DNA of 64,000 bases, taken from Mobula hypostoma (taxonomy: Eukaryota). The DNA lies in assembly GCF_963921235.1 (NCBI RefSeq), contig NC_086108.1:41418001-41482000 (forward strand), given 5' to 3'. Below, in pieces: positions 62,941 through 64,000 of the stretch. The notes under the pieces are model-generated. The model saw only the letters and a program-made list of their open reading frames with translations. It did no database searches and was not told where the DNA came from. Made by a program: the position numbers and the translations under genes. Each line of letters opens with the position of its first letter. Within the stretch, counting starts at the first letter, position 1.

Positions 62941-63355
62941 AGTGGCAAATTGTTCCAAAAAGGTGCAATTAAAAACAAGGGGCCACTAATCCAAATATGA
63001 GATACACAGGTCAAATTTTGCTGGCAGAGTCCTCCTGCCCAAGCTGACCATCTATTCTCCACACATTCTTAATTGCCTGGCCCAAATGCAATAAGTCAAT
63101 CTCATTGCCAGTTAGTATCCCACAATGCAGCAGCATGGCCTGAGCTTTGCTGCACATGGAAAGCCCATCTCTGACAGTGCTTTATAGCTGACCAAAATGC
63201 TACCCTCAGTCAGACTTTTTGAAAATATTGTGAGGGGCATTTTGGTGCTTTTGACTTACCACAAATGTTCAGAAACATTTAAAAAGCTCTAGCAAATAAT
63301 ATAAAAATAAGAATATTGCAAAGTTCACTAAATGTTAATAACTAATTTAAACATT

Positions 63356-64000
63356 GAAGGAAGGAGGAGAAGACGGTGGCGCGACGCAGCGCACACAGCT
63401 GTTCCGGATAATATCGGTATGTGTTAACTAGGGGGCTGTGCACAATCCTGATTTGATGGAGACGGCCGTGAGAAGCATAGAGGAACACCTGGAGAAACTT
63501 CTGAAATGCCCGCTTCACTGCCGCTGCCACTGTGCAATCGAGAATCTCCGGAGGGGAAGGCCCCAAATCCTCGGCTTTGCCTATTGCCTGTTGCCGGGGC
63601 TGGGGTCGAAGCGCTTGGCAGAGATGGTGCTCGGTGTTCGGTGTCAGAGAGCTGGTCGGAGGCTCGGAGTTTTCGGACGGACTCGGAGTCGGACTGTGGT
63701 CAGATGCTTCCAGGATGCTGCATCGGCAAGTTTGCAGTGCTGGAGGTTTACCGTCTGCGTGAGGTGATGGGACTTCCGAGAGGCTTTGAGACTTTTACCT
63801 TGCCCATGGTCTGTTCTTATCAAAATACGGTATTGCTTTGCACTGTTATAACTATATATTATAATTATGTGGTTTTTGTCAGTTTTTAAGTCGGTTTGTC
63901 ATGTGTTTCTGTGATATCATTCTGGAAAAACATTGTATCATTTCTTAATGCATGCATTACTAAATGACAATAAAAGAGGACTGCATGTCCTCATAATCTA
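63356..64000 (+). mobile_element. Young GC/CpG-rich non-coding retroposon ending at the window edge
   Basis: Abrupt switch from AT-rich to CpG-rich sequence at GGAGAAGACGGTGGCGCGACG; T-rich 3' region, AATGACAATAAA and a probable TAATC tail starting at the edge. Confidence 0.6.

Noticed and set aside
63438..63889. Overlapping GC-rich ORFs or a CpG-island promoter
   Set aside because: Lies within a sharply bounded, retroposon-like segment; stop-poor because of its GC content.
1..64000. CRISPR array, rRNA, prokaryotic operon or endogenous virus
   Set aside because: No regularly spaced repeat-spacer array, rRNA-like block, dense gene packing or recognisable viral ORF.

Overview
AT-rich eukaryotic DNA with no complete host gene, dominated by decayed and nested transposable elements. 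The mix (several CR1 LINE subfamilies, Rex1/Babar-like LINEs and non-coding derivatives, RTE-like elements, V-domain and other tRNA-derived SINEs, Penelope-like elements, Tc1-, hAT- and Harbinger-like non-autonomous DNA transposons) suggests a cartilaginous fish, probably a ray; this is inference from repeat content only. Almost all ORFs in the track are TE fragments or noise. The most notable structure is a set of about a dozen Penelope-terminus remnants with minimal hammerhead-ribozyme motifs from two families. One motif (61120-61157, minus) has a fully intact core and a palindromic stem III that implies cleavage as a dimer. Also present: a TSD-bounded mini Penelope-like element with inverted arms, two ~80-nt hairpins, an RT-deleted young CR1, a TIR element with a duplicated right end, and two or three candidate small host exons near 21-25 kb. 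All family assignments are by eye, without database searches, and many boundaries are approximate.
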